A stretch of DNA of 63,282 nucleotides, counting the filler, from Choristocarpus tenellus KU-1152 (lineage: Eukaryota > Protista > Phaeophyceae): NCBI GenBank assembly GCA_964200185.2. It is 13 parts of 13 records of this genome, joined end to end, with 100 filler letters (N's around TTAATTAATTAA, not from the genome) between each part and the next. Parts side by side here need not be neighbours in the genome. Positions count along the whole stretch, not along the records: positions 25,786 to 30,206 come from CAXNAD020014629.1; positions 30,307 to 34,487 come from CAXNAD020015817.1; positions 34,588 to 45,016 come from CAXNAD020002937.1; 10 more parts are not named here. One strand, 5' to 3'. The notes beneath the pieces were generated by a model. It was not told where the DNA came from. It worked only from the letters and a program-made list of their open reading frames with translations, and made no database searches. Below are positions 26,007-39,600 of the stretch, piece by piece. Position 1 is the stretch's first letter. Every line of letters starts with the position of its first letter. Both the position numbers and the translations under genes were made by a program.

Positions 26007-26783
26007 TCAAAAACGTCTTTGGTGGATTTCCTAAGGATGGTGGCTTCTTCCTCCCCTATGATCATCTTCATGTCCCTGACACCCCTTGTAGATGACATAG
26101 GAAGGTAGCTTCTTCCTCCCCTATACAGTTTTCAACTTGTATTACCGTCTTCATCAGCATAACATCGTTGACAACAGAAAAGAGAGTAGCAAAATTCCAC
26201 TCACAACAGACAAGGTATCACCCACCCATCCCATACAAGCAAAGTCGCACACAATTACTACCACACAAACACAACCAGCTGACAAGAACCTATCATAGCA
26301 CATCTGCTGTTGCTCTTTAGACTTGCCTTGCACCTCACAACATCACCCATACACAATATGCACAGATAGACTTACTCTAGCTCCCATTTAACCTTTCAAT
26401 GAACTATACTTAGTAGGTACTTCAGTTATTGTACTTCAAAGGATGCATTACCACATAGAGTTGGCAAAGAAGGTAGTACCCCCTCCCAACACCACCACCA
26501 CTAACCCTAACTCAACTACTACTAATACTACACTCACAAGCAACTTAGATAAGTGGTGCATACAAACAATACACTACTAAAGACACTCTTCACTACACCC
26601 TCCCAACCGGAGCTATCCACTCCAGAGGGTGTGAAGAGAGATTACAAAGTGGAAAAAGTAACATAATGTCTCACAGTAAGACTGCACTCAAAGGCTCAAG
26701 AGGTCGCAGCATGCAATGACCTGCTATTGTCACTCCCTCACACACCCACTATCCATTCAAACAACTGTCCTAGGACTACCACC

Positions 26784-29019
26784 TCATTGACAGTGCTCAT
26801 CTATGACTGCTGCATATGCTTGAGGAAATCGGAAACATGGTAGACGTGGCCGGTACTGTCGGGATATGTCAGCCAGGGCCTTCTCCAGGGAACGAGCGAG
26901 GCCCTGTAGCTCCGGGGGAAGGAGCTGGTTCCCCCCCAGCCTAGGAATATCAGACGCCTGAGGCCATGGTGAGATAAACAACAGAAGAAAAGGTGCAACA
27001 GATAGACGGGCAAGGAAAAGTGATAAGAATACACATACGCGTGGAAATCACTACCATCGTAGGAAACCAGAAAACTCAACTAACAGTAGCACTCTGCCAA
27101 GCCATTCCCACTCCACAATCTCAACGACAGAGTCTGCAAATACACAACTCCTCTCTCAGCTTGTTGGGTATCCCATCATCATACACTCGATGCAGGTACT
27201 TTACATTTCAACAAAAGAGTGCTAACAACAATCCAGTATTGAGTAAGGTGCACGTAATGAAATAGAACTTCACCAGTTTGGTCACCTCCGGAAACAAGAA
27301 TACCGCCATTCTTCTGCCACGCAAACAACCAATTGTACAGTTGAAGACCCTTGCTGCCTAAAACACCAACCACTTCTCACAACATCTCTCTAGGTCTTAC
27401 CATTTTAGGTTGACGGGCTTCTAGGGACCTACTGTGCTCTACCAATGTCATGATGAAAAGAACAATCTTAAGTCATTAAATTCAAGAGAATATGAAGAAT
27501 GGGTTTTCTCAATTAAAGGAAGTCACACCTCACACTCACACTCAATTCCTTCCTCACCTGCCCCAAAGCATGTATGGCAAGAAGGAGACCAGACAAGCTT
27601 CCAAGGGTCACTGGAATCATGGGCTCTAAAGACCATACAGGTGACTCACCCGGGGCACACACCATGAGGGTTGACAGTCCTGTGAAGTAAGTAACAAAAC
27701 ATAAGACCAAGAGTTGGGAAAGGAGACACATGCCCTAGAGAAGACAACACTGGAGGGAAGCATGAGCTACACACAGCTGCCTCTGTGAAGTGAGCCAGAC
27801 TCTGTTCCATTTCAGCGTATACAAATGAAAGCAGATCCCAATGGATTTCATTACTGGACTTGGAGGTGTACCGGAAGGCATTGTCTCGATCAACACAGTA
27901 CAAACAATCCAACAAAGGAAAACTTGTAAAAACTGGTCCTAACCCTAACCCTCACAATGGGAGATGACTATCCCCACACCAAAGAGAGCTGAGAGCTCAC
28001 TCTTATACCAATACAATCGCATCCAACTACAAAAAAAAAAAATGAGAGCACTTGGTATCTCAATACTTTAAATACATAAACACCCCCTCCGCCCCCCCTG
28101 CATTTTCACCTTCAACCGCCCATACCGCTGTCTGTGCCCTGGTGGAGTTAAGCCTCGGTATCCCACCCCACCCTGAGCGCATCATCATTGGTGGTTGTGA
28201 GATGGGGGGAGGTGACATCGTCCCTCCAGAAGATGATAATGATGACTCCTGCTGTGCTCCACCCCTCCTTCCTCCCCCAGGGATCTTTCTCACCGCATGC
28301 ACCAGACGATCTCTCCACCCTTGTGAGAAGATACTGTCAAAGAGTGTCTTCAAGCGTTCCATGAAAGAAGCACCTTGCATTGGTTCGCCTGAACTCTGAG
28401 CAAGCCAATGAATATCCCTGCCCAGTAGACAACACAAGACAAAAGGAACACAGAATGAGGAGGGCCAGGAAGGGGAATACTCTAGACACAGTTGGATCCA
28501 CTGTTTGTATTCAGTACCAGTTGGTTTTAAGGTGGTGGAAGGGGAAAACAGGAGGTGGGTAACATCGCACTCAAGTGAAGGGCAGGGGGAAAGTGGGGTT
28601 GGTTGGGGGTAGAAAGGATAAGGAAAAACAGACAAAATAGGACTTATCAAACCTTGCCAAAAACAGACAATATATGTTGTGGCTTTTTTACGGACCATCA
28701 CCACTTGAAGTTGACAACACTAACCAACCTACATCAATCCGCAACTGACACTAATTAGCAGCCAGCAAGTGGGGAGGAGACAACTGTACAGTACCTGCTA
28801 CAAGTGTCCCATGACACCTCTAGCCCCCATGCCCCCTGATTTCTGGGAATGGAACAAATCCTTGAAAGCAAACACTACCAAAGGTAATGGTCCTGTAAGG
28901 GCTGACCTGACTTCACTGCATCTCAAGACCCGCGCAGTTATTGAGGGATCTTTCTCAAAGGCGAAAGTCTGCAGCAGGAGAGTCGTTCGATCTAGCTCAA
29001 GACAGAGACACCTAAGCAC
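26784..29019 (-). CDS. Multi-exon hypothetical protein gene, function unknown
   Basis: Coding-like blocks bounded by polypyrimidine-AG and GT sites (29019-28795, ~28396-28110, ~27915-27775, ~26957-26784). One apparent in-frame TAG; exon phases not fully resolved. Confidence 0.4.
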
Positions 29020-29381
29020 CTACAGCAAAACAAGAGGTTGAGTCCAAAGGAGGCGGTGGGAGATAGATGGCAAGCGAGGTAGAAAAGGAAGCAAACGGAG
29101 ACCCTGTTGTCATTGCAGTTCTGTTTGGTGTGTTCTCTTGCCCTGTACTCACTACTACTCTCTTTCGTGTACTCACTACTACTCTCTTTCGTGCCTCCTC
29201 CCAAGACAACATCTGCAAGGAGTGAGTGGAAAAAATTAAAATGGGAAGGAGTAGGGCTATTGCAAAGTGGAGGGGAAGCTTTTTTTAATTCAACTGGGGC
29301 CGCCTATCTCTGATAAGATGATGCGCGGGGAGTGGTCTTTACGCACATGTTCTGGGCAGGCGACTACGGGGACCAACGAAA

Positions 29382-29428
29382 TGGCTATGGCTATGGCTAT
29401 GGCTATGGCTATGGCTACGGCTACGGCT
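29382..29428. repeat. (GGCTAT/GGCTAC)n hexamer microsatellite
   Basis: Direct read. Confidence 0.9.
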
Positions 29429-30491
29429 GTGGTGAGGTAGCACCCTTGATACATAGTTTGGGGACACATCACATTCCTAGACAGACGTGTATTTGTCAGG
29501 GATATTTGACTTGGTTCGAAATCGGTATCCTCAATATCCTCGGTACCCAATGCTCATCAGCAGTCCGGCAATGTTTGTCCCCCTGTTCACACTCAACACT
29601 CAACCTTCCTAGCGTGGTGAGGCCCCTCTCAGTGTGCCAGAAGGTGGGTATATCCGTAGGCGATTGTCGAAATCGAAACAGGCTTTGCAACCTGCATCCT
29701 GCTGCTCGAAACAGACTGTGTGTGGGGCACCTGGTAGTAGTTCCTTCACCTCACACTGCACCTTCTGACTCATGGAAAGCATTGGTGGTAGGAGCTGAGA
29801 TCCACACTCGACTGAACACAACCAGATTAACTGAGGTGAGAGTGTAGTCAGCACTCCGTTTTATCTTGCAGCGGTTGCATATGTTCCCCACACAAACATG
29901 TCACAAACCTGCCCTTTATCCCTCTCGGGGGCTCCGTTAAAGCATCCTGTATCGTGTGTGCTTGGTCCCTGCACCTCACTCCACCACCATTTCACTCAGA
30001 CAAAAGTCTTGCAACAATGTCGTCAAGTGAAAAACCTGTTGAGTACTCAAGTGTCTCACTTCCAACTACCACAATGGGCCACTGCCAATTTTCAGCGACC
30101 AGGGTGGGGTACTGTGTACCTCTCACAGGCAGAGAGTTGCATATCAATGACAGGAAGGGGCTGTGGTGGGGAGAGAAAGGAGGGCAATTAATGCGGACCC
30201 CCCCCCNNNNNNNNNNNNNNNNNNNNNNNNNNNNNNNNNNNNNNNNNNNNTTAATTAATTAANNNNNNNNNNNNNNNNNNNNNNNNNNNNNNNNNNNNNN
30301 NNNNNNTGAGGACTGCGACGGGCACAGACAGTATGACAAGGTTGTCGTTTTACGTACACCACAACAAACCACCACAGGAAAAAAAAACAAAAAAAACATG
30401 GACATTCGGAACATCCGTTCTTAAATATTTTGTAGTGTTTGGGTATGGTCAAGGGGACGGGAGGGACGGGGGGGGAGCATGATTTCCTCAC

Positions 30492-33400
30492 CAATTTGCA
30501 TAAATGTCATCAACTGCACTTCGGTATTGTGGTTCTTGCCCCATAGAGCCAGTGCCTTTCCCTCTCTTGATACATAATGAGTGCAAAAACAAAAAAATAG
30601 AGTTAGCGCAGCAATGATGACAGGATTATTCTTCTTAATATTATCAGTGTTTTGTATTATATACTTAGGTGGGAAAATTCATTTTGTTCAGAGTCTTGGA
30701 GGAGAAGGTGTAAAAAGGTAGTGAAGATAATCCTAAACACCCTTCAATAGGTTGTAAATATTACTAATCAACTGATTAGATGGATGTGAGCTACTCTTGT
30801 TCTTTTATCCTAAACTGCATTGCCATCAATTATTTTTCCCCTTGGCGATTGATTTGTCAATCACTCTATGCACTACTGTACCAACAACTGGTTCCTTGCC
30901 ATCTATTACTTGGTCCTGCTCGGTGCTTCTTGTGTGCAAGGCAACAAACATAAACCTAACCCTTTGACAATATAAGAAGAGAAACAAAAAAATTGTTACA
31001 AATAGGTTTTTTTTAAAGTCTTATCCTGGTGTAATGAAAAAAAATAAATATATATATATATATAATGCGACAATTCGTAACATTTATGTTATCTAATGTT
31101 CTCCATCTTTTCCCTCAGCCTCACCTTCTCCAGCAAGAGCCTAGATAAAAGAATGTTTTCGTAGCCAGTTTCCACAATCGGCCTCAGCTCCCTCATCATT
31201 TCCAAGAGCCTGAGTCAAGCATCAAAATAATTCTATCAAGTAGAAACTAAAAGTAGAGCCTTGGTTGAGTATCACAATATTATTTAAAATATTTTTTTTA
31301 TCTCCCCAGAGTACTTCAAAAGCGTGCATATAATACATTCACACCAAAAAATCATAAACCTGATAGAGAAGCACACACAAAAGCATTCAGACACACATAC
31401 ACAAATATCCACCCACCACCGCAAGGCCCTCAGTGAACACTATGATACGCTACCTGTGAAACCTGGAAAAAACTATATTAATGCTCTATTGGGGGCCGCT
31501 TCCGGATGAGATCAACCAGGCAAGGAAGGTCCCAGTCGATAGATAGTCACTACTCCCATAAAACAACTTCAATCGACTGGGCGCAGAGGCGGGGGGGCGG
31601 GAGAGGCGGGCATATGGTCTCTTGTTTCTCTAACAGCAGGGAAATATGTATTGGGTATCACAATGGATATTGAAGTTAGCACCAAAGACCTAACTTGCTG
31701 CTACTGCTGCAGTAGTCGGGTGTTTAATGTGCAGGGAGGCGTTTCTTGCTTTTTCATTTTGCACTGTGATGGTGGCTATACCCCTGGTAATGGTGTAGAC
31801 CAATAGGGTAGAACGAGGGGGGAAACAAAAATCAGTCTATGACAGATCTAGTAGGGATGGCTGCTTGCACTCTGTCGAGAATATGCTCACTCCTCCTTTC
31901 TCCTTCCTTACCTTACCTACAAACTGTCAGACCCCAAAAGGAATTGATCAAGCTATCCTATATGAAAAGGACTTGACACGCTCTCTTCTAGAAGAATCAG
32001 ATTGTCACTCCTCCGATGCGTATTTGTGAGTATATGACAAACAGCCTTCCTCCCCCCACCTCCCACCACACATACACAATTACGTGCACTCTGTGAATCA
32101 CACCATTCTGCTTCAGCATGGGTGCTGCTATCATAATTACCAATCTTACATAGCATCCCAGTAGAAAGAATTTCATTGACACAAGACAACAACCACACTC
32201 TGCTACAGCACAAAGCATGGGCATCCCCTGTTGCTCCTGCAAGTCATTCACTGTTGTAACATAAAGGTGCAAGCATGAGATTAGCCCACCAAAGCATTCC
32301 GGAAGTAACACGTGTAGCTAAATGTTGTGGTGTGTTGAAAAGGTTCGAGGGTGTTGATTTGTTATAAACCTAAGAATAATCGAGATTGCAGTCAACACCT
32401 GGTGACCATATCAAGGAGTAAAAACAATAGTAGTGGTATCGGTGACATTCTGTCAGTGTTAATTTTCATCCTCAACCCTCTTCTCCTACCCCTCAAACTT
32501 GGCATGAAACTGGAGGGGGCATTGGGAGCGGGGTTACCATGTAGGGGCATCACCATCCTCCAGATGGCAATCCTCAACCAGTTCTGGCCACAGCTCACGT
32601 ACTGCTCGGAAAGCTGAGCGACTGCTCTCATATTGACTATTGCAGATAACACCTTTATACAGAAATCATATTGAGGGAAGGAGAGGGGAGAGATAAGGTG
32701 GAAATTGGTGAGACTCCAGGATTAATACTGGTTGCGCTTGAAGCTACACCAAGGGATGACGACATACTGCTATCCAGATTTCAGAGGTGAGTTAGTAACA
32801 CACCCTATTTCTCTATTCATGTGTTGGCCACTGGAAGTTCACCATTTTGATAAAGCGAAAAGTCGTAGTTTCGTTGGACAGAATAAGTTTGTGGACGGAT
32901 GGACAAGCGCTACGTCCTTTTGTGTTTGTGTATGTGTGATTTTGTTGGTACGAACAATTACACCTTGATATTTGTTTGACATAGCTATACTATCAATAGA
33001 CTGTGTGTTCCGCCTTAAATATGGCCAATGTCCCCAAGTCCCATTATTGCAACTAGATTCTGTACTGATCCCCACAATATGATCCACTAGGGACAGCATT
33101 TTATGAAGCCAAGTCTCCGCGGTGCCAAAGTTTCAAAGTGAGACTTGCTCACAGGTGTGAACTGTTCCCAATACTATTGGGGAGAGAAATGCCTACGAAA
33201 TGCCGACATGAAAATACGACAAGGAAATCATTGACTTGGAGTGAACCACGACTAAGGGGAGATGGAGGAGTGGGCGAAAGGATTTATGTGCTTGTTGCCC
33301 TGCAGCAGGTCGTGTCTTTATGATTGGCGCACTATACTACCAAAGATAGAGGATATCTTCTTGCCATCAAAGTCCAAAGCGTAGACATCTCGGTCCGAAT

Positions 33401-33884
33401 AGAGGGTGCAAAGAGTAGACCTGGCAGAAGTCAGCAGTACACGACTCTGCTTCAGAGTCTGTTGTGCCTGTGGTGGGCGTAAGGTAAGATCTGAGATATG
33501 TCGATGTGGACAAGAATCGGTGCCGGGTATGGCAGGGTGGTGGAAGGGGGAAGTATTGAGTGCACCACAAGAGGTCAAAGATCTTGGCATAACAAACAGA
33601 TTGAGCAAGCCAGGCAATCCATCAATTGATTTCACCCAGTTGCAATATCCAAGATAGAGAGACATGCCGAATGCTTAGGATTTGATGTCTTCAGAATGAA
33701 CTTATTTTCCAAGTTGGCAGAGAGCAAAAAATAGGGACCAAAAAGGTTGAAACAAAGGATAAAACCAAATAAACTTACGAAAGTCCGTCACCTGCTTCAA
33801 GTCGGTTGGAGGCCCTAGGAACGCCTGTGCTCGATGGTCTAGAAGACACAAGAGAGAAGTGGCTGCGGCTCTCCTCGCAATCAT
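30492..33884 (-). CDS. Plastid-targeted HAD-superfamily hydrolase, 3' end cut by contig edge
   Basis: Exons 33884-33792, 33467-33365, 32652-32538, 31209-31125 and 30565-30492 join in phase. Signal + AQA-F; YALDFD/GVICNS (HAD motif I DxD), then WLLEMMRELRPIVETGYENILLSRLL and DDIYANW. Confidence 0.88.
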
Positions 33885-35312
33885 GTTCCCACAACCTATT
33901 TGGATTATTACTCACGACAGCTAATCGACAATTGATGTAGATGTTCGAGGAATAGGAATGCAACATACAATGTGTCATGTATGATGTATCATGTGTCGCA
34001 ATAGTATCATTGTACTATCGGTTCTTGTAGAGAAATGCAATGGCGCGAGTTTCAAAATCATAATATCTGATTGGACAGATAGAATTAAGTGTAGGACAAC
34101 TTTCAACTTTCCACTCTCTCCTAATGAGCTCCTTGTGGTATCTCCTTCACCTACCACTACTGTTATCAAGGAAATCCCAGGAAGCCTTGGAGGGTTAGGT
34201 TTTAGATCACCCCTGGAGAACATTCGCTCATCCCCGCAAGCCTTCGGCGTCCGATTCTTCTCTGGAACTTTGCTGTACTGATTCCACCTACCTCCATCGA
34301 GCGTGTCGTCCTTACTGGTCGTGATCCACTTTTAGGCTTGTTTTGACGGACTTAGTAGAGGTGGAAAGGAGTTGGGATAAACAACAAGAACAATCTTCTA
34401 ACATGGATGATGATGGCAAGGGAACTGTGCCCATCACTCCCCCCGTTCCTCCGCCCCCCCCAACTCCGTCTCGTGCACCAGCCCCCGNNNNNNNNNNNNN
34501 NNNNNNNNNNNNNNNNNNNNNNNNNNNNNNNTTAATTAATTAANNNNNNNNNNNNNNNNNNNNNNNNNNNNNNNNNNNNNNNNNNNNTTTCCTGATTTTG
34601 GTCCAAATGGACGCCCTGGTGTAGACCCCCCCCCCTCCCAGATAATTTGGGTCTGCACTCATGGAGCAGAAGTCCATCCAAGGACACTACATGTCATAAT
34701 GGGACAGGAGGCACACTTAGGATGGCTATTTCCACAAGGCATTTGGTCAGGGGTAGGGTGTGGGCCGCCAAGTGACATCAAAAGGGTCTAGGCTACTCAA
34801 AGATCAAGCAGAATTGGAAGTACATTTTGCGTGATAGATTTTTTTTGTAATTTCCCTTCTCTGGAATCAAGCACCACAAGACAAAAGGTAAGTGTGTGTG
34901 TGTGTGTTTTCGAGAGAAGTTTCAACAGACAGAAAGTATAGGTCTTGTTTATTGAGGACAGGAGGAGTGATTATATTTGTGGTCTTGCATACAAGTAGTG
35001 CCCTGTCATGTCCACTCCAGCAGAGGGGTGTGTCTCTTGTGGAGAGACAGACTTGTTATGGACAGAATAGGGCAGACACTATTGGTTGCAGACAGGAGGT
35101 GTGATAGTTTTTGCAACCATTATTACATCCAGGTGCAGTGTCCTAGCAAGGAATGTGTGTCTTTCAACAGCACCAATACATGATCCACACACTTAAAAAC
35201 CTAGTTGTTTATTCTGGCCAACCAGAGGTAGTACTACCTACTACTGTAGTAGCGCTATCAAGAACTATGCAATATTCCTACCTTTCATAAAATTCCCAAT
35301 GTTACCATTTTT

Positions 35313-35372
35313 GACCCAATTAATTTAAGAGGGTAGGAGTTTTGCCCTGTTTGTCTGTTCGGGGCTCGGCTT
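35313..35372 (-). mobile_element. MITE family A/B terminal fragment
   Basis: GACCCAATTAATTTAAGAGGGTAGGAGTTTTGCCCTGTTTGTC. Confidence 0.65.
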
Positions 35373-36676
35373 AGGGAAAATAACTGGGAACACAACAGCA
35401 CATAGTTTTTTTTTACCACGATTTATTTTTTATTTTTGGCAAGTCTTGGTGTAATGCCAATCATATTTTGAAGTCCTCGGCTTCCACCATCATGGAGAAT
35501 TCGATGTGTGACTGTATGCTTACATCCATATATATCACATGTCCCATTGGCCAAGTTACACCTTAGCACATTCCTCTATCCTGAGCCATACCAGCACCAC
35601 AACTAAAGAGACATGCGGCAGTGTCAAGCTTCACGTAGTGGCGACCTGTCGTGAAGTCCTTGGCTTCCACTGCGATGCATGCGTTGCACCTATCGCATGA
35701 ATTCCTCTCCAATCTCTAGTAGACTAGTAGGTAGCAATGGGGCACGACAAGCCCTACTAACCAGCGCTGAAGTCGTATATAATGCTCACAATGTCCATGC
35801 TCTCACTTGTCACCCCCACCGCCTCAGGATATCGTTGGCATTGAGTCTGTCGGCAACGATTCAACCACCATTTCAGCCCTATCGGGTGGCCTATGCATCA
35901 CCTCCAACCTCCTGGAAAACTATCACTCCCCACCCATCCTCCGAACTTGCTTCCAGGGTCTTGTTGTCAAACTGGCTGAGAGGTTAGATTAATATCGCAC
36001 GAGACAATATAGTACGGTACAGTGTGGTCCAGTGGTTCAAGTCCGAAATGTGACTGACTACAACTGGATAGCTATAAGCCCATCACAGACAGCTCCTTGT
36101 GTCTTGTCCCTCACATTTTTTTTACACCTCCCATCAAGTTGATTGCGGGAGTCATCCAGGCTCATCACTAACCTTCTCACTGCCCGGGGTCAAGGGCTTG
36201 CATGTATATAGATATCTACAATCATATCGTGAGATTAATTACAAATCCGGAAACATCCTGAAATTTATCACATTGAGACATCATAGTTCAGTAGAGTACT
36301 CTGACAATATGACCTTTACCATTTACCATTTTCAGCGGTGTGGGTAATATGGCCGACATAATATCATGCCACCAACTTACCCATTAGCCTATTTTGAAAG
36401 ATTTCCATGCTTTAGGATTTCAGTGACATTCTACCTCTGATCAGTATCAGTTCAAACACTTTGTGGGTCAGGCTGAGATAGACACAAATGGACAAAACAT
36501 TATCAGAATTTCATTTAATAGGGGTCTAGCAAAAGCCCATAATACAAAAATTACTATGCAAAATTCTGCAGTAACCACCGCCATGCTGTAAGACAAGAAT
36601 GCCTTCCAGATTGGGTATTTTCCATTTGCAAATATTGTTTGAACTCATGCTGAACAGAGGAAGTATGTGGTTATGG

Positions 36677-39600
36677 TCAAATGTTGATTGCACGATACTG
36701 CAGTGACTTCATGTTCACAACAGCTGGACATCTTGGTAAAATTGGATCAAGTCCTGATTTGAACGAGGTCGTATTCATGCTAATAAAACATTTATTCTCT
36801 CGATGCAGAGTTCTAGTGCAAGTAGGAGAATCACATGCTCTGAGGAGGAAGTGAATCATCAATGGTGTGTTCTACGTCATGAAAATGTTGTAACACCAAA
36901 CTATGTACTGAAAATCTCAAGGACTTGAGAGCAGTTCATGGGTGCAGAAAAATCAACCATAGTCGATGTCAATTCCATGACCTGGCTGGTTCAAGCAGAA
37001 TATACATGTTTAGTGTACCTTTGTAAAATTAAGCGATATAGAAGTAATGCCAGTGTGCTACTGTACGAAAAGATAAATCTTCCAACTACTCAACCAAAAC
37101 CAAAAAAATCTGTAAAACCCAAGTAAGAAAGTAAGTTGTTTCAATGCATTCCAACACTAACCAGCACTCCAAGTTGTACAGCTATACAGTACAAGATTCT
37201 AAAGAGGAAAATTTTCAGAACACACAACAGATATAACACAGCTCCATAAAATAAAATGCAATCTTGCTTTGTGCTAATGCATGGACTTAAGACCAATACA
37301 ACTAATCTGTTGTGTCTGATGCAATCCAGGGCAAAAATGAAAAAGGTAAACAAGTCTACCTTCCAACCTGAGAATGAAAACGTGAATAGAGAAGATCAAA
37401 TCCAATCCAATAAAAAAGAAAAACATGCTACTAACTTCATGCTTCAATTATCTACCACCAACATCAGGGGAAGCAGGGAAAAGCAATACGCATTTTGCAG
37501 TGTGACTGAAACAAACAATGAGAGAAGCTCAAAACCTACTTCACCATCCTCAGAACAAATGAATGCAAAAAATGCATTGTCTGAGGCAGCCCATCTAGAC
37601 AACTCACCCTTCACACAAAAGAGCCCCCACCCTGTGCAGGCTATCCCCCACAACCTGCTCTTTCACTCTTTCACTCTCACAGTCGTCTTCGGTCGCTGTT
37701 CCCCACCCTTCTGAAGCCTGGTCCTGCCCTGCACAGGCCACTCCACTGGCCAGTAAGCGCTGAGCACTCACATCGGTCAATGGCCATGAGGTCTGCTCAT
37801 TCCCTAGAGCCTTCACCTCCCCTGAGCCCTCAACCCAGCCTCTGAAGCCCAGGCGAAGTGGCCTTCCACATTTCCCAAGCGCCTTCGCTACCTGACTGTA
37901 AGTCTTACCCAAAGCACTTTCTCCTGCATAGGAAACCAGGATATCCCCTACCTTTGGTCTCTTTCCCGTTGTTGGTCCTGCATATCCATCCAGCCCCATC
38001 ACCACCACCTGCCCCTCTACAGATGCAGTGAACTGCAAGCCAATTTTCTGGCTGGTGAACTCCAATTCCAACTCCTCCCAAGTCCCTGTCTCCTCTATAT
38101 GGGACCCAGTATCACCGATGTTCCCAATCTGCATGGTGCTAAATAAATGATTCGACCTGCCCTTGCCTACTGCCTCATTGCTCATTGAGGAGGCGCTGCT
38201 CCATTCACTACCTTTCCCCCTTTCCCCCTCTCTACCACCCTCATCAGGCATCAACTCCAAGTCTGCTAACTGGAGAAGGGGAGTCCGAGAAGGTGGAGAG
38301 AGCAATGTTGAGTGAGAGGCGACCACTTCTTCCCTTCCTTCCACCCCTGCTAGTGCCGGGAGCGATGCCAGGGTTCCAGAAGATGAAGCATCTCCATCAC
38401 CTGGTCCAGGAACTGCCCACACCAGCCTACCAACCTCCTGCGCAGCCTTTTCCACAGCCTTCTCCATCATCCCCATTCCCAAACCTGTGAACAGTTTTCC
38501 AGCCACGCTGCCACTGCCACGTCCCCCACGGAGCGGAGGGGTTGAATAACGAATGACAGGTGAAGAAGATTGTTGAACCCCACTCACACCTTGAGGTTGT
38601 TGCCACTCCTTCGAAGTGTCGGCTCGCACTCCTGGTTGAAATGGTTGGCAATTGGCGGATATTGGCTGTGGCATGAGCAGAGACATGGCAGTAGAAGGCT
38701 TTCCCTGCTGAAGTATCTCTTTAGGTGAACCAACACGCCTTCGAATGCTAGCGCGCAGGAGAAATTGAAAGGAGGTTGAATCATGGGATAAGTATCCGTT
38801 GCACCCACTTCCTTCCCCATCAACCATAGGGGAACCCTGGAAGTCAACGATAGGATCATTGCCCAAGGTCTCCATTTTCCTTTGCTCCTCCCTTGGTTCA
38901 AACTCATCAGAGGAGCTCTGAAGGTGGGCGAACGTATCAGAAGGAGGGAAAACACAATACGTTAGTTTGAAGGGCGGACATGTCGGCATGATGTAAAATT
39001 CCTTGATAGTAACCACTGCAGCTGTAGTGACAGCTTACAATGAGCCATCATTGCATAGTATGATACAAGCAGCATGGACGTGCCTCAGCAAAGGAGGCAA
39101 GGACACTGTAATCATGGTTAAAAGTTAACTTCTTGTCATTTTCATTTCCTGTGTTGAAAGATACTCTTAAGTGTTGCACACTTAGACCTATTGTCGAATT
39201 TAAAACAGCAATTGAGGTCTGTACTATGAAACGAGAAAAGAATTGATTCATTCACTAGCATACAGACATCTCTGTTCTCATGTCCATTGCGAGCATAACT
39301 GACCTCATAGAAGTTCTGGTCTGCAGCCACATCTGTCTCGCCCCCATCTGATGTAGCAAGGCTTATGAGTGATGACGGGCGAGACAAACCAGATTCTGCC
39401 CTGCCCCTACGACAAGATGTAGAGCCTATCCCTCGTGCTTGTGTCACTGAGCCAGGTTGGGCAGCTAGCAAGAGGGTGGATGTACTGTTCCTGCGATGGG
39501 ATGGGCCCAAAGGCTGAGCACCTTGACAACTCTTTTCCTTCAGCCTCATAGCTCTGAGTTCCTTCACCAGAACAGCCTTATGTGCCCGGGCCAGCTTCTT

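Noticed and set aside
29332-29847. Gly-Tyr repeat protein
   Set aside because: The GY run is simply the GGCTAT microsatellite; the flanking translation is not convincing.
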